Positions 37,701-51,721 of a stretch of 64,000 bases of DNA are shown one piece after another; the first letter of the stretch is position 1, and the number at the start of each line of letters is the position of its first letter. Under the pieces are notes generated by a model. The model did not search any database, was not told the DNA's origin, and saw nothing but the letters and a program-made list of their open reading frames with translations. Made by a program: the position numbers and the translations under genes. The stretch is from Daphnia carinata (Eukaryota), in assembly GCF_022539665.2 (NCBI RefSeq), contig NC_081332.1, positions 3,224,001 through 3,288,000 of the forward strand, in the 5' to 3' direction.

Positions 37701-39610
37701 TGTCGCATAGGCAAGAATGAAAAACCCGCTGAACAAGAAATCGGTTCGAGCGATACGGGTTTGTGGGGCTGATTGGTCTCACAGTTTTCCTCAACGGATG
37801 TGTTGCAACGCTGTCTCACAAACGTCTGCACACGAGTTCTCACCTCAGTTTTTTTAGTGCAGTGAAGAAAGTTATGCAAACCAAGGATATCGGTACATAT
37901 TTGACAATTTCATGTTAACGATTATTTATTTAGATGTTGTTATTTAGATGTTTAGCTTATTGAAAATGGATTACAAATTAAATATATGCCGAACGTTAAT
38001 AGTAATGACGCTTAATACTATATTGATGTAATTGTATGAATACTAATCGCCTTCAAAACAAATCATCGCTTGTGTTCGGGTTTCGTGTCCGATAAAAATG
38101 AACATGGAGTTAATAAAAAACAGCTCATTACTCGCTACACAAATTGTGATCCAAGCCGGGCGGTTTTACTAAAGAAATTAGATGTTTTACAACGCTGTTA
38201 AACATGTTTCACATGAAGCTGCTAAATCTTATCCGTGACATTGCAGAAAGTTGTTAAACTGTGGCAAACCTTGTACTAAGGTTTAACATTGCATAACTCT
38301 GTCAAAATGTAATGTTGTAATATCAGTAAAAAAATTAAACTTATCTTGCAACAAATGAAACTGTGTGACGTTAACAAATGTACACTGTCTTGTGCAAAAG
38401 AAACTCTTCATAGAAAAACTGGGTGATAAAAGCTTAAGTTCTTATATATGGTACTTGTAAATTTTGTGGGGTTTTTCCCTCGTTGAATTTATTGTTTTTT
38501 TATTTTTTCTGCTGTCTGTAATGTTGTATGTGTTGTGTTTTGTTGTCTCCTTTTTCCTAGCGTTTGATTAGCGAAAGGTTAGTAAGTTTTAATGTAATGA
38601 CGATTATATTGTGATTTAACCTCGTGTATATTAGAAGTACCGATTTAAGTTTTCGTTTATAGTCTGTATTTTTATCACCAGGGAAACATATACATATTCA
38701 TTTTACACAATTTATTATAACTGAAACATTTACACAATTGACACTACATACAACAACTATACACAATTTGACAACCATTGAATTTTCCGTAACTCTGTGG
38801 TATTGAACCCTAATATTCGGCGTAGCTTGCCGATGCTCAACCATTGAGCTATAGTCACTTACAATTTCAAGGTTTTATACCTTGAGTCAACGCACGAAAA
38901 TATTGTATAGTTAATGTTTTAATCTTGCTATACTATTTGTCAGTCTGACCAGTGAGTGTATGTGTAGCATGGCGTATGTGTAGAGGCTCCAATTACGGTG
39001 TGAGAACTTTGAGGTTCAAATCCAGTAAGGTATAGAAATAACAAAAAAGCATTAATTAAACGTAACAAATTTTTACTGTTACTTATATTTAACCTTGCTA
39101 TAGCATTTACACTTTGCTATACTATTTGGCAGTCTGACCAATTAATGTATATGTTTCATGGCATGTCTGTAGAGGGTCCGGCTACCATGTCAGAAGACAA
39201 AGGTTCAACTCCATTAAGGGGTTAAAATGAAAATTGAATAAAATATATTATATTTTAACTGTCACTCAAATTTTTGAAAATGTGTAAAAGATGACGCTTC
39301 GCTATACCATTGGTTAGTCTGACCATACATTTCAAAAATGTTATAGCTTATGTGTAGAGAATCCGGCTACGGTATGAAAAGACTAGGTTTCAAATCGTAG
39401 GCATTGCTAAAGTTATGGGAATACATGCATTAAATACTTTTATGTTTATTATATTATATTTATTGAATATGTGTAATAGGTTGTCTAAAGATGACTTGCA
39501 AAAATGGTTGTCAGCAGAATGTGACTCATGGCTCAATGGTAGAGCATTGGCTTCGTAAGTCGAATGATTTGGGATCGATCCCCAGAAGAGTTCAATCCTA
39601 AAATAAATGA
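31745..39610 (+). repeat. Second, direct copy of the unit (31745-37761 matches 17195-23214; 37949-39610 matches ~23901-25530)
   Basis: Colinear with scattered substitutions. Duplicated ORFs include 20907/35424 and 22417/37141. Confidence 0.95.
38788..38858 (-). tRNA. tRNA-like (GCT) copy 2, weakened T-stem
   Basis: Paralog of 24727-24797. Its mirror copy is at 41216-41286 (+). Confidence 0.5.
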
Positions 39611-40044
39611 TTCAAATGAACGAATAGTATCTTCAAAGTATTCTGAAATTGCAATTGCTATGCAACAATCCCAAAAGTAAAATACATGATATAAAATGAA
39701 TTTCTATACAATGCATAAGTTTTCTAACGTTCATTTACTATCATCTGTCTATACAGAGGACAATGGCTTACGGTTAAAATCCGTTGTAAATTATACAAAT
39801 TTCTAGATACTCTATAAAGAGTGACATATCATATTTACTATGCTACGGTTAAAAACCATTATAAATTATACAAATTTCTATATACTCAATAAAGAGTAAC
39901 ATACCATATTTATTGAAATTTTTTACTTTTTTCGAGATTAACATTTGGTAAAATATCCGTTCGCGTGCTTCGCACGAAGTTACCCAACTCGACTGGCCCC
40001 GTGGAATCGTGACACCTGGGAAGGTAGGAAGACTGTGGAATCGG

Positions 40045-40118
40045 AGACCTGACTGGGAATCGAACCAGGAAGCTTCGAGTTGGGAAGCGGACGCTTTGCA
40101 TTTCTGGCATCTGCCCCC
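40045..40118 (-). ncRNA. Degenerate tRNA-derived (SINE-head-like) sequence in the palindrome spacer
   Basis: Minus strand reads ..TCCGC TTCCCAA CTCGA AGCTT CCTGGTTCGATTCCCAG, with a perfect B-box and a CCC anticodon-like loop. Confidence 0.45.
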
Positions 40119-40289
40119 CTATATCCCCCCACTAGGGTAAGGTTTTCTATTGACTTGCGCGCACTGTTCTGTTATGTAAGTGTTAAAGACTTAAACTTTC
40201 CTGAAGTGTCACAAGTATCTCAATGGTAGAGCATAGACATAGTTATATGGGATTTGAACCCACGCAATTCAACTATGTTCGTTGTGCAG

Positions 40290-42202
40290 AAAGGAAAATT
40301 TAATAATAGTTTTTGCATTTAGATTGCTGCATATATATTGCAATATTTGAATCATTTGATAGAATTCTAAACATCATGATGGTTGCTGCATTTGGAATTG
40401 TTGCATAGCAGTTGCAGTTTTAGAAACCTTGTGCAATGTATAGAATTTAATACATCGTTCATTTGAATTATTTTAAGATTAAACTCTTTTGGGGATCGAT
40501 CCCAAATCATTCGACTTACGAAGCCAATGCTCTACCATTGAGCCATGAGTCACATTCTGCTGACAACCATTTTTGCAAGTCATCTTTAGACAACCTATTA
40601 CACATATTCAATAAATATAATATAATAAACATAAAAGTATTTAATGCATGTATTCCCATAACTTTAGCAATGCCTACGATTTGAAACCTAGTCTTTTCAT
40701 ACCGTAGCCGGATTCTCTACACATAAGCTATAACATTTTTGAAATGTATGGTCAGACTAACCAATGGTATAGCGAAGCGTCATCTTTTACACATTTTCAA
40801 AAATTTGAGTGACAGTTAAAATATAATATATTTTATTCAATTTTCATTTTAACCCCTTAATGGAGTTGAACCTTTGTCTTCTGACATGGTAGCCGGACCC
40901 TCTACAGACATCCCATGAAACATATACATTAATTGGTCAGACTGCCAAATAGTATAGCAAAGTGTAAATGCTATAGCAAGGTTAAATATAAGTAACAGTA
41001 AAAATTTGTTACGTTTAATTAATGCTTTTTTGTTATTTCTATACCTTACTGGATTTGAACCTCAAAGTTCTCACACCGTAATTGGAGCCTCTACACATAC
41101 GCCATACTACACATACACTCACTGGTCAGACTGACAAATAGTATAGCAAGATTAAAACATTAACTATACAATATTTTCGTGCGTTGACTCAAGGTATAAA
41201 ACCTTGAAATTGTAAGTGACTATAGCTCAATGGTTGAGCATCGGCAAGCTACGCCGAATATTAGGGTTCAATACCACAGAGTTACGGAAAATTCAATGGT
41301 TGTCAAATTGTGTATAGTTGTTGTATGTAGTGTCAATTGTGTAAATGTTTCAGTTATAATAAATTGTGTAAAATGAATATGTATATGTTTCCCTGGTGAT
41401 AAAAATACAGACTATAAACGAAAACTTAAACCGGTACTTCTAATATACACGAGGTTAAATCACAATATAATCGTCATTACATTAAAACTTACTAACCTTT
41501 CGCTAATCAAACGCTAGGAAAAAGGAGACAACAAAACACAACACATACAACATTACAGACAGCAGAAAAAATAAAAAAACAATAAATTCAACGAGGGAAA
41601 AACCCCACAAAATTTACAAGTACCATATATAAAAACTTAAGCTTTTATCACCCAGTTTTTCTATGAAGAGTTTCTTTTGCACAAGACAGTGTACATTTGT
41701 TAACGTCACACAGTTTCATTTGTTGCAAGATAAGTTTAATTTTTTTACTGATATTACAACATTACATTTTGACAGAGTTATGCAATGTTAAACCTTAGTA
41801 CAAGGTTTGCCACAGTTTAACAACTTTCTGCAATGTCACGGATAAGATTTAGCAGCTTCATGTGAAACATGTTTAACAGCGTTGTAAAACATCTAATTTC
41901 TTTAGTAAAACCGCCCGGCTTGGATCACAATTTGTGTAGCGAGTAATGAGCTGTTTTTTATTAACTCCATGTTCATTTTTATCGGACACGATACCCGAAC
42001 ACAAGCGATGATTTGTTTTGAAGGCGATTAGTATTCATACAATTACATCAATATAGTATTAAGCGTCATTACTATTAACGTTCGGCATATATTTAATTTG
42101 TAATCCATTTTCAATAAGCTAAACATCTAAATAACAACATCTAAATAAATAATCGTTAACATGAAATTGTCAAATATGTACCGATATCCTTGGTTTGCAT
42201 AA
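40290..42202 (-). repeat. Inverted copy of the tRNA-cluster end of the unit (40480-42202 mirrors 37872-39600; 40290-40480 mirrors 25520-25700)
   Basis: Reverse-complement match read directly. ORF 40463-40684(+) mirrors 25311-25532(-). Confidence 0.93.
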
Positions 42203-42302
42203 NNNNNNNNNNNNNNNNNNNNNNNNNNNNNNNNNNNNNNNNNNNNNNNNNNNNNNNNNNNNNNNNNNNNNNNNNNNNNNNNNNNNNNNNNNNNNNNNNN
42301 NN
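42203..42302. other. Scaffold gap, 100 N (true size unknown)
   Basis: Run of exactly 100 N. Confidence 0.99.
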
Positions 42303-45300
42303 CACGATTAAACACTTAGCGTTAATTTAAAAAAAACCCACAATACCCATGCCGACAATGTCGTTGCTACAGCGGCGAATCTCGATGTCCAGCATCCTCT
42401 CTTATGATGGTGCGGCCCACCTAAATACATAAAAACAAAATGAGATCATAATGTAAAACTTATAACTTTGAATTAAATACTTGACCATTTTGGGCGATCA
42501 TCCTGGTGAATCCGACGGCGAAACACGTTGTCCAATGGTCCTCCTCGGCGATGATGGCGCCCTCCTAAATACATAAAAACAAATTAAATTAATGGTTAAT
42601 GAATTGACAGTAAAAATTTTCGATAAAATACGTGACAATTTTGAGCGACGATCCTGGTGGCTCCAATGGCGTACTTCGTTGTCCAGTTACCCTCTTCGGT
42701 GATGATGTGGGCCATCCTAAATACATTTAAAAAACATGTTTAGACACTTAAACGTGTAAAACATATACCTTAAATATCCATTGCGACGATCTTGTTACTC
42801 CAGCGGCGATCCACGATGTCCAGCATCCTCTTCGATGATGGTGAGGCCCTCCTAAATACATAAAAACAAAATAAAATCATAGATCACAACCTAAGACTTT
42901 CAATTAAATACTTCACAATTTTGGGCGATAATTCCAGGAGGCTTCGAAAGCGAACCTCGTTGTCGAGTGGCCCACCTCGGAGATGATGTGGACCGTCCTA
43001 AATACATAAAGAAACACGATTAAACACTTTAAATTGTGAAAGTAATACCTGGCAATCCTTGGCGGCTCCAGCGGTGATCCCCGACGTCCAGTAATCCTCA
43101 TCGGTAGCGTTGCCAAACCTCCTATACACAAATTACTACATAGAATAGTAATGCACTTCAATTTTTTGAATACCTTGGAATTTTGGACTAGAATCCTGGT
43201 GATGACCTTCGTTGTCCAAAGGTCCTCTTCAGTGGAGCTATGGCCTTCCTAGGCACATAAAATTTAAAGAAAAAATCATGATGAGATACCGAGTTTTTAA
43301 ATATATACCTCAGAATCCTGGGCGGTATTCCAATGGCTGCGACGGCGATCTTCGTTGCCCTTCAGCCCCAGAGATTACCCTGCTGATTGTACAGAAACGA
43401 GAAAAAAAAATTTTGTTTTAACATTTGAACAGCAACAAATTTCATCTTAATTTTAACAGACATCAGGTACACGAATTACAGTTACATGGAGAAAAATTTT
43501 TTTTTTTTTAAATTGGCCGGATTGGCGGTTCATGTGTAAATTGTGTTAAGAAGTTGAAATGTACAATTGTTTGTAAGGAAAAAAATAGTTTGCGAACGAC
43601 CACTACGGTTAATAATTGCATAAAACAGTGAAAGAAAATGGCTGAGATAGTGTTGTGCAAAGGTAACGAATTGAGGTGGACTACGCTTACGCCTTACTCT
43701 TAACTTAACTTTAGGCCTACTTATCCTTAACTTAATCTATTTCATCTAGACTTATACTACCCAACTAATCAAGGCCAGTGCAGAGGCTAACCCAGGTGCT
43801 GATGCAGTGCGTTATTGATGAATCTACAATTTGCGAAAGCTAAGAGCACGTGCGAAAGTTCTAGGAATAATTAGACGTGGATTGCAAGCAACAAATCTAC
43901 ACTAGTGCACCGCGTGCAGGTGAAAGAGCTACTGAGCTTCTAGCTTCTTTTTTTTTTCTTCCTCCCCCCTTCCCTCTCCTTTTTGTGTATGCCCGAGGTT
44001 CTTCGTCTGTTTTAGGCACTTGGAAACAAACAAAAAAAATCAAAAAAAAAAATTCAAAGTAACCTAAGGTCAATCGATGGGGAATGGCTATACCTCGGGC
44101 TCACCTGGAAATAAAAATTTGTCCTTCAACCTATCGACCTTCAGAATTAGGTCCCTCTACCCTACGCTCTACTTCCTGGAAAGCAATAATGTGACACGTG
44201 TCTGCGAGTATTTAAGGCGTCGTCTAGATGATAGATATTAACATTCGTTCGGAGTCTTGCCTCTACAGATGTACCACAACTATATCACCATCGTCGATCG
44301 ATTCGCTTATCAGGTAAGTTGAATTTATGCTAACTAGCTTCATTGTCTTCTTTAATTGTAGAAAGTTAGAGGATATCTCTACTTCAATTAACTTAGTTCT
44401 AAATCTATGTTAGTAAACTAATTCTTAATTAAATCAAACTGTTACCAATAGCATTCCATTTCTTTTAGGAACGACCCTTTCAATCCATGAGTAGATGCTG
44501 GTGTGTTTACTCTGGCTGCCTTTCAACTGCAGCAAATGAGGTATTGAAATTTCTTAAGTACCACTAATTATTTAAAAAATTTATAGTACCATACTTTTTA
44601 TGTTTGTTGCTACTCTTAGGTTTCATCACTGCTGGTATTCATCATATAGTCATGTCCTTTAATTCACATTACTAACCGGTTACTTCTGAATGTAAATAGA
44701 AATTATTAAACATCGAAAATCTTATCAATAAAGTTTAAATATGTATGTGTAATTCTTGTACCTGCAAAACACTATTTTAACGTATTACCTGCATATGTGA
44801 ATCTACTTGATATTTCAACTGTTCGACTTTGAATAACTGTTAAATTATTTAATGTTACACTAAGCCAAAAAATAGTTCTGTTCACTAACAAATAAGCAAA
44901 GCAAAAAAAACCTATAATTTACAAAGTACAATTAAACAAAGTAAAAAGTACAATTATTTTCGATTTGGTAGGATAACAAACAATCAAAGTTGATATATAT
45001 TGTACCTTACCATAAACAAGTTAAAAAATAAATTTTCAATACTTCTGTAATACAATAACTACGAAAAATTATATATTAATGTTAATAATTACGTAACCCA
45101 TATGGTAGTAAACAATACGTTTGGTACTCCAATTTATATTATAAATTGTCGTTTTTTCCCAACAACAATTCCAAAGTATTTTCTTACCATTAGAATATTA
45201 TTACAATTTTGTATTCTTACTATTATTATTTTACTTACCAATTGTTGGAACTGATGATAGTTTTCAATCAATGTGTTTGTGATTCTGGTCAGCCTGTAGT

Positions 45301-48300
45301 AAAACATGGTACTCCTACCATAATAGAACCCCTTCTCAGTGACATATTCTGCATATGAACAGCATTAGCTACTCCAATGCCAGCCATATAGAGTGTCATG
45401 TCAATTGAGTAAATCTAGATAAGTGATAGTTTATACAGAAATGTATACAAAACATACAATTACCATGACTCCTTTTGTTTGGAATTGAAAGGCTGTTCAA
45501 CTGCTGGTTATCAAAGTCACGGTGTTGGTGACAAAGTTATTATCTCAGAAATAATCTACAGATAAAAACTAGACGCAATGTCTGTGTCCCCACAGAGGGA
45601 TGTTTAATCGTCCAACCAGCCAGATGTCTTGACGTTAAAATTCGAATGTGTTCTGTTCCAGCTACATTCAGCGGCTAAAATGACAAAAATTAAAGCAATA
45701 AAAATGGAAAGGTATTGTATAAAGGAATGGCTCTCATGACCTGCAACCACCATTCTTTACACATCCGTACAGCTACCTAAAAACAAATAAAAATTTCACT
45801 TGAAAATGATATGGGAAGTTTTAACAAAACACAAAAACGCAAAACAAAGGGTTACCAACATAGTTTCCGTACAATGATGAGGCAAAAAAGAGATGAAATG
45901 ATACTTGCGTTTCAGCTATTCACCTCGGCTTCAACAGGAGTAACACTGAAAGATACTTAAGCATTTTTGCAAATAGAGTTTCGTCGAGCAGACGATTTTA
46001 GAAGGCAATGAAAGTCTAGGCAATAACGTAAATGATACTGACATCCAACAGCATTGCTAATAGCTTTGGATGACGCTACAAAAATCGGTCCTTCACCCAC
46101 ACTTTCAACAACTTAATGCAAGACGCTTTTCCTCGGGGTATTTACGTCGAAAGCGTCAAACTGTTAAAGGAAAAATGGGAAAGCAAGAAACTGGGCGATT
46201 GCAAGCTGCACATACCTTTACGTTGAATCACACATGGACCAAGAACTGCCCACAACTTCAACAATAATCTCGAAATACTCGCTTTTCGCTCGAGAATTAC
46301 GATGTTGGCAAACGAGTCACACGTGCACGTACACACACTTCGGACTTCGTCTGCTGCTGGTGGGTGCTTGTCGCCGATACAAACGTTCCAGCTGTGGCGA
46401 TTTTGCAGTGGATACATCAATCCTTCAACGCTGTGGTAAACAGGGCAGGGCGTCCTTTGGCTCGCCAATCTTTCAGTCGCAACGCCTGAAATTCCTGGAA
46501 CAAAATCTCACCCACCCACATGTGATGCAAGTATATGTTACCTGTGTTAAAAATGAGTTCGGAATGTATGTTTGGAAAAACTATTTCCAACTGTAATAAA
46601 ACTGTTACCCATTGCATACCATTTGTTAGATTTGCCAATCTGTTTTTTGTGAGTACCTGACGAAAAGTTTACTCCAAGTGGCTTCCAAACTGCATCAGAA
46701 AAACTGAAATAAATTATATTCCACTAAATAAAAAGCTGAATTAAATTATAACTAAATTTATAAAACATATAATAGTAGCATACTAAATGTTAGCTCTGTG
46801 AAGAGTAATCACCATTGTGAATGTTTGTCACATTACTCTGGTACTCCTGCATGGAAATACAAATTATTCTTGGAAATCATGTTAATTTGGTATCAAGCAT
46901 AATAAAAAATTTATCATTTTGATGAATATAATTCAACTTGAATCCGGGTAACAATATTATTACTAAAATATTTCGTTAGCTACATGCCCATTCCACACAA
47001 CTACCTACGACAAAACAACGATGACAAGGTATTTTTCGTAAATACAGGTTCTCAGCACGAAGCAGACAATTTCGACAGGGAACGATGTGCAATAAAATTC
47101 CGAAACTGGGCAACAGCAGAGCTAATAACTACACAAGTGGGATAAAACATCCATAACCCATAGACAAATATTGACCAGGGTTTTTCGGATCCTTTTTTCG
47201 GGCCACAGTTGCGGAGAAAATTCGGCCACCGGACTCAAAATGCTGCCACAGAGTTTCATCGATTGTACTAAAATTAAGATTTTTGTCTCATTTTTATCCC
47301 TAAATTATTTCTGGGATAATAACTTTACTACTAACACTATGAATTAGATGACTAGCAGTTGAACAGCTTTTCAGGTTCTAACAAGCGGTTATGATAATCG
47401 TGTATTTTGTATACATTTCTTTATAGCCTATCACTAATGTAAATTCTGATGCTTTATATAGGGTCATCCCAGGGTTGATAATCATATTATGCAGTATGTG
47501 ATTTAATGTTTTAGTCCAAGCTTGACCGGAATCACTAACATATTGGATGAAAACTACCATATTTAACAATTGGTAAGTGAAATAATAGTAATAAGAAATG
47601 TAAAGTACATTGCCAGTAACAAATGTTTTATCCCACTACATGGATAATAATTGTACTTCATTGTCCTTATAATTGTAGAAAGTAAGAAGATATCTTAACT
47701 TCTATTAAATTAGCTCTAAATCTATGTTAGCAAACTAATTTTGAATCAATTCAAACTCTTACCGATAGTATTCCATTTCTTTAAGGAACGACCATTTTCC
47801 AGTCCGTGTGCGGGTAGGTGCTGAAGAGTTTGCCCGGACCGTCTTTCAACCTGCATCAAATGAGGAATTGAAAATTGTTAAGTACCACTAGTTATTAAAA
47901 AAAAATTATAGTACCATAGTGTATGTTCACTGTGTCTGCTAGGTTGCATTATTGCTGGTTTTCATCACGTAATCATGTACGTTAATTCACACTGACCTCC
48001 TACTCCTGAATGTAAATTTATTAAGCATTGACAATCTTTATCAATACCATAAAAATATGTTAGTGTAGTTCTTGTACCTGCAAAACATTGCCGAAAAGTT
48101 TTCGATGCACATCTGGATCTACTTTATATTTCAACTGTTTTGTATGTTATGTCACACACCAAGTTGTCCTGAACACTAAAACATCAGCAAAGTAAAAAGT
48201 CTACGGGTTACAAAGCTAAACGGTGGATAAATATTAGTACAATTATTATCCATTTAGTGGGATAAAACATTTGTTACTGGCAATGTACTTTACATTTCTT

Positions 48301-51300
48301 ATTACTATTATTTCACTTACCAATTGTTTAATATGGTAGTTTTCATCCAATATGTTAGTGATTCCGGTCAAGCTTGGACTAAAACATTAAATCACATATT
48401 GCATAATATGATTACCAACCCCGGGACGACCTTATATACAGCATCAGAATTTACATTAGTGATAGGCTATAAAGAAATGTATACAAAATACACGATTATC
48501 TTAACTGTTTCTTAGAACCTGAAAAGCTGTTCAAGTGTTATTCATCTAATTTATAGTATTAATAGTAAAGTTATTATCCCAGAAATAATTTAGGGTTAAA
48601 AACGAGACACAATATCTGTATCCACACACAGCGACATTTAATCGTCCAGCAACCCTGATATCCTGATGCTGCAATTCGAATGTGTTCTGTTCCAGCTACA
48701 TTCAACGGCTAAAAAGACAATATTTATAACAATAAAAATAGAAAAGTATTGTATAAAAGAAAATTCTCTTGCCCTGCAATCATCATTCTTTACGCATCCG
48801 TACAACTATCTAAAAAAAAAATATCTGAAAATGACATGGGGAAGTTTTAATAAAACACAAAACGAAACGGTTACCTATATAGTTTCGCCACCGTCATCGC
48901 TCACTCCTAAAATTTCTCCGCCTCTACATTTCGATCAAATCCTGTTGGAAGACTGGGCATCCATAGTGACATCTAGAAAACTATAGATTTCCTGACCACA
49001 TCTTGATGTTCATTGCTTCTAGTTACGAATTTGAAACAAACTGTGCTTTAGTTCTTTTTTTCTTCACAATTTTCTTCTCTTGGCTTAGCTTGTTTTCAGG
49101 ATTCTCAGTCAACGATAGACATTTGCTTTCAAATGCTGCAATCAAATTATTACAATAAAGATTTTCTTGGGCTCCCAAGTATTGCCATCGTTTTAAACAC
49201 CAATTCCTATCAGCAAGTACCCAACTTCACCATCCTTCTCCTAATATGATATTTCAGATTAAGTTATAATCACAAGACTGTCAATTTATATTAATGTACA
49301 CAGTTAGATAAATTTCCAAACTAACCTCAGACCGAGAATTTTCCCAACAATGCATTCTTCATCGTCCATGTCACTGAGCGGAGATGAAGCCTGATGTGAC
49401 CCCTTTTTTCCTTCACTATTTCAGGCAAGACGAAAATCACTTGGATTGGGAAGGCTACGGTGAAAGTTAAGTCTTTTTCATAATATCCTTCCACGCAACC
49501 TGAAAGATTCAAGTCAGATTAGATGTGCGTGACTAATTCCCGGATTCTAGGGGTCAACTGAAGACACTGCAATAAGCATGGGAAACACAGTAGAAAATGT
49601 TTTCAATTAAGTTTCATCTTGCATACCAATATACCAACAGTTCAAAAACGTGGTAAAAGATAAAAATCTAAGCTCACTTGCATAACGAAAAAAAAAGAAA
49701 ATGAGAAATTATTCTTACGGCTTTTTACACCTCCAACACGAGCACTTTTTTCGTTCCACACCGTATGGAATTTTGCAGACGCCTGTAGTTCAGTACACAA
49801 AAGGTCGTTGATGATTGGCCGTTCACTGGCAATGAGAAGAGAGGAAGCCCAATAGGCGGAATTGTTATAAACATCGCCCTGTTGTAAAATTTTTACACGC
49901 AAGGGCCCAAATGAACGTTTAGTGAATTGAATTTAAGGCAATTAAATTAGTTCTGATTAGAATATACGCAATAAATAAATTGGAATATGATGGACTGTAA
50001 GTTCTCTAAATTTAAGCAAAAAGTATACCAGCACAGGCTGTTCAGTACTAAACCGCCAGTACACTTTAGTGATAGAGATGGCGTTGGCAAATCACTGTTA
50101 CCTGTGAAGAATAATTATCATTGTCAATATTTGTCATATTATTCTGGTACTTTTGCATGTAAATACAATTTTTTCTTTGAAATGGCGTTGATTTGGTACC
50201 AAGAAAAATAACTTATAAATTTAATGAAATAAATTAACTTGTAACTGGGTAAGAATATTACTAAGCAATTCCGTAACTTACATGTCCATGTCACGCAATT
50301 ACCTATAACATAACGATGACAACGTGCTTTGTATTGTTTTATTTAATATATATGTAATTTTTAAATTTCAATGTCATACAAGAAAAAGACAATATTTACC
50401 TTTATCATTACTTGTTGATCCAAATGATGTTCAATGCTATTAGCAAAGTAAGGATCAATGTAATATGAATGTGGTAAGTACTGAAGATGTAAAATGGCTA
50501 CACCGCATCTTACAGATACATTAGCAGGTGCCTTTTTCTATATCCCCTTAAGTCCTGCGCAACAGATAAAGAAAAAGAAGTTAATCTATCTATCATCAGG
50601 TAACCAGCCAAGTGTTCGAGCTGGAAAAAATATGCTGAAATTTCAATAAAATGCTGCTAAGATTACCTGAATGCAAGTGCAGCAAATGGCTCGTTTCTCT
50701 GCAACCATATCTAGTCTTTTGTTTGGTAAATAACTTATGTTGTGGTGCATTATGAAAAACATAAAACCAAAAAATTTAGAAATTGCAATATTTTTAAATT
50801 TTAGCCACATAGACCTACAGGATGATCAGAGTGATCACAACCCATGCAACTCTCTTCATCCTAATTTATGTTTTCACTGCACATGAATAATGCCAGTCCA
50901 CAAATGGGAAGCAAAGCCCCACACCCTGTGACTGACACAACCAATTCAAAATATCATTTATAAGCAGTTACAAAAGATCCACATGTTTAAGCTCACCTTG
51001 CTTATGCTGGATGTTAACTCACAGAAGAAACGGCTCTTTTGAATGCCATGCTTCATTTTTGGCTGACAAGAGATGGAAATAACCAGTATTTGTCAGACAG
51101 GCCAATGAACGGAAATTACTTGTAGGAATCTACGGGTTAAGTTATACGTTAATCCTAACCTATGTTACGGTACCAGATATTTTTTTTCTCACCTCTTGAC
51201 TAAAAATTTTGCGCCCGAATGAAGAAAGCATTGTTCTTTCTTGTCAGTTACGCGCCGGGAAATGCCTCATGCTTTGTTGTCATGCTTTTCCAAATAGGCC

Positions 51301-51465
51301 GTAATGCGAAACGAAAGTAGTAGCCGGCACTAAACACCTGATTGGCTGTGATCCGGAGCTCACCACCCTCCTCCATGCCTGGAATGGGCCAATCACGGGA
51401 TGACAGAGATATTTTCTACACCGGGGAGGTGGCAGGGCTCGGTTCTTGGGTTACACCGATAACCC
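42303..51465 (-). repeat. Right arm of the large inverted repeat; includes mirror HP1 relic (48876-49369), RBM19 fragment (47149-47285) and sideroflexin fragment (46382-46441)
   Basis: Reverse complement of 12491-22025 without the hAT MITE. Confidence 0.97.
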
Positions 51466-51721
51466 ATTTTACATAACAAACATAATACATAATAATAATA
51501 ATGAAAAGCCCTAATGAATAATACCTTTTACATAGCACACAAGCTACGAACTGACAAAGACACTGCTTAAAGTTATTCTTCTCCGGTACACTTCGTAGAA
51601 ATTGACAAAAATTGGAAGTTTATACAAACGAAAGTTAGCCAAACACAACTTTTACTGTAAAGGTTGTATTACTTGACGTTTAGTGGAATTACAGTGAGTT
51701 TTTGCTGCGAAACAAAAGAAC

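Larger units (their letters stand above)
12491..51465. mobile_element. Giant foldback / Pack-type element or palindromic segmental duplication bounded by inverted termini
   Basis: Starts GGGTTATCGGTGT (12491) and ends ACACCGATAACCC (51465). 12491-22025 is the reverse complement of 42303-51465, apart from a MITE in the left arm. No TSD and no intact transposase were seen. Confidence 0.6.

Noticed and set aside
12491..51465. Polinton/Maverick, Helitron or endogenous virus identity
   Set aside because: No polymerase, integrase, Rep/helicase or capsid ORF, and no matching terminal signatures were seen.
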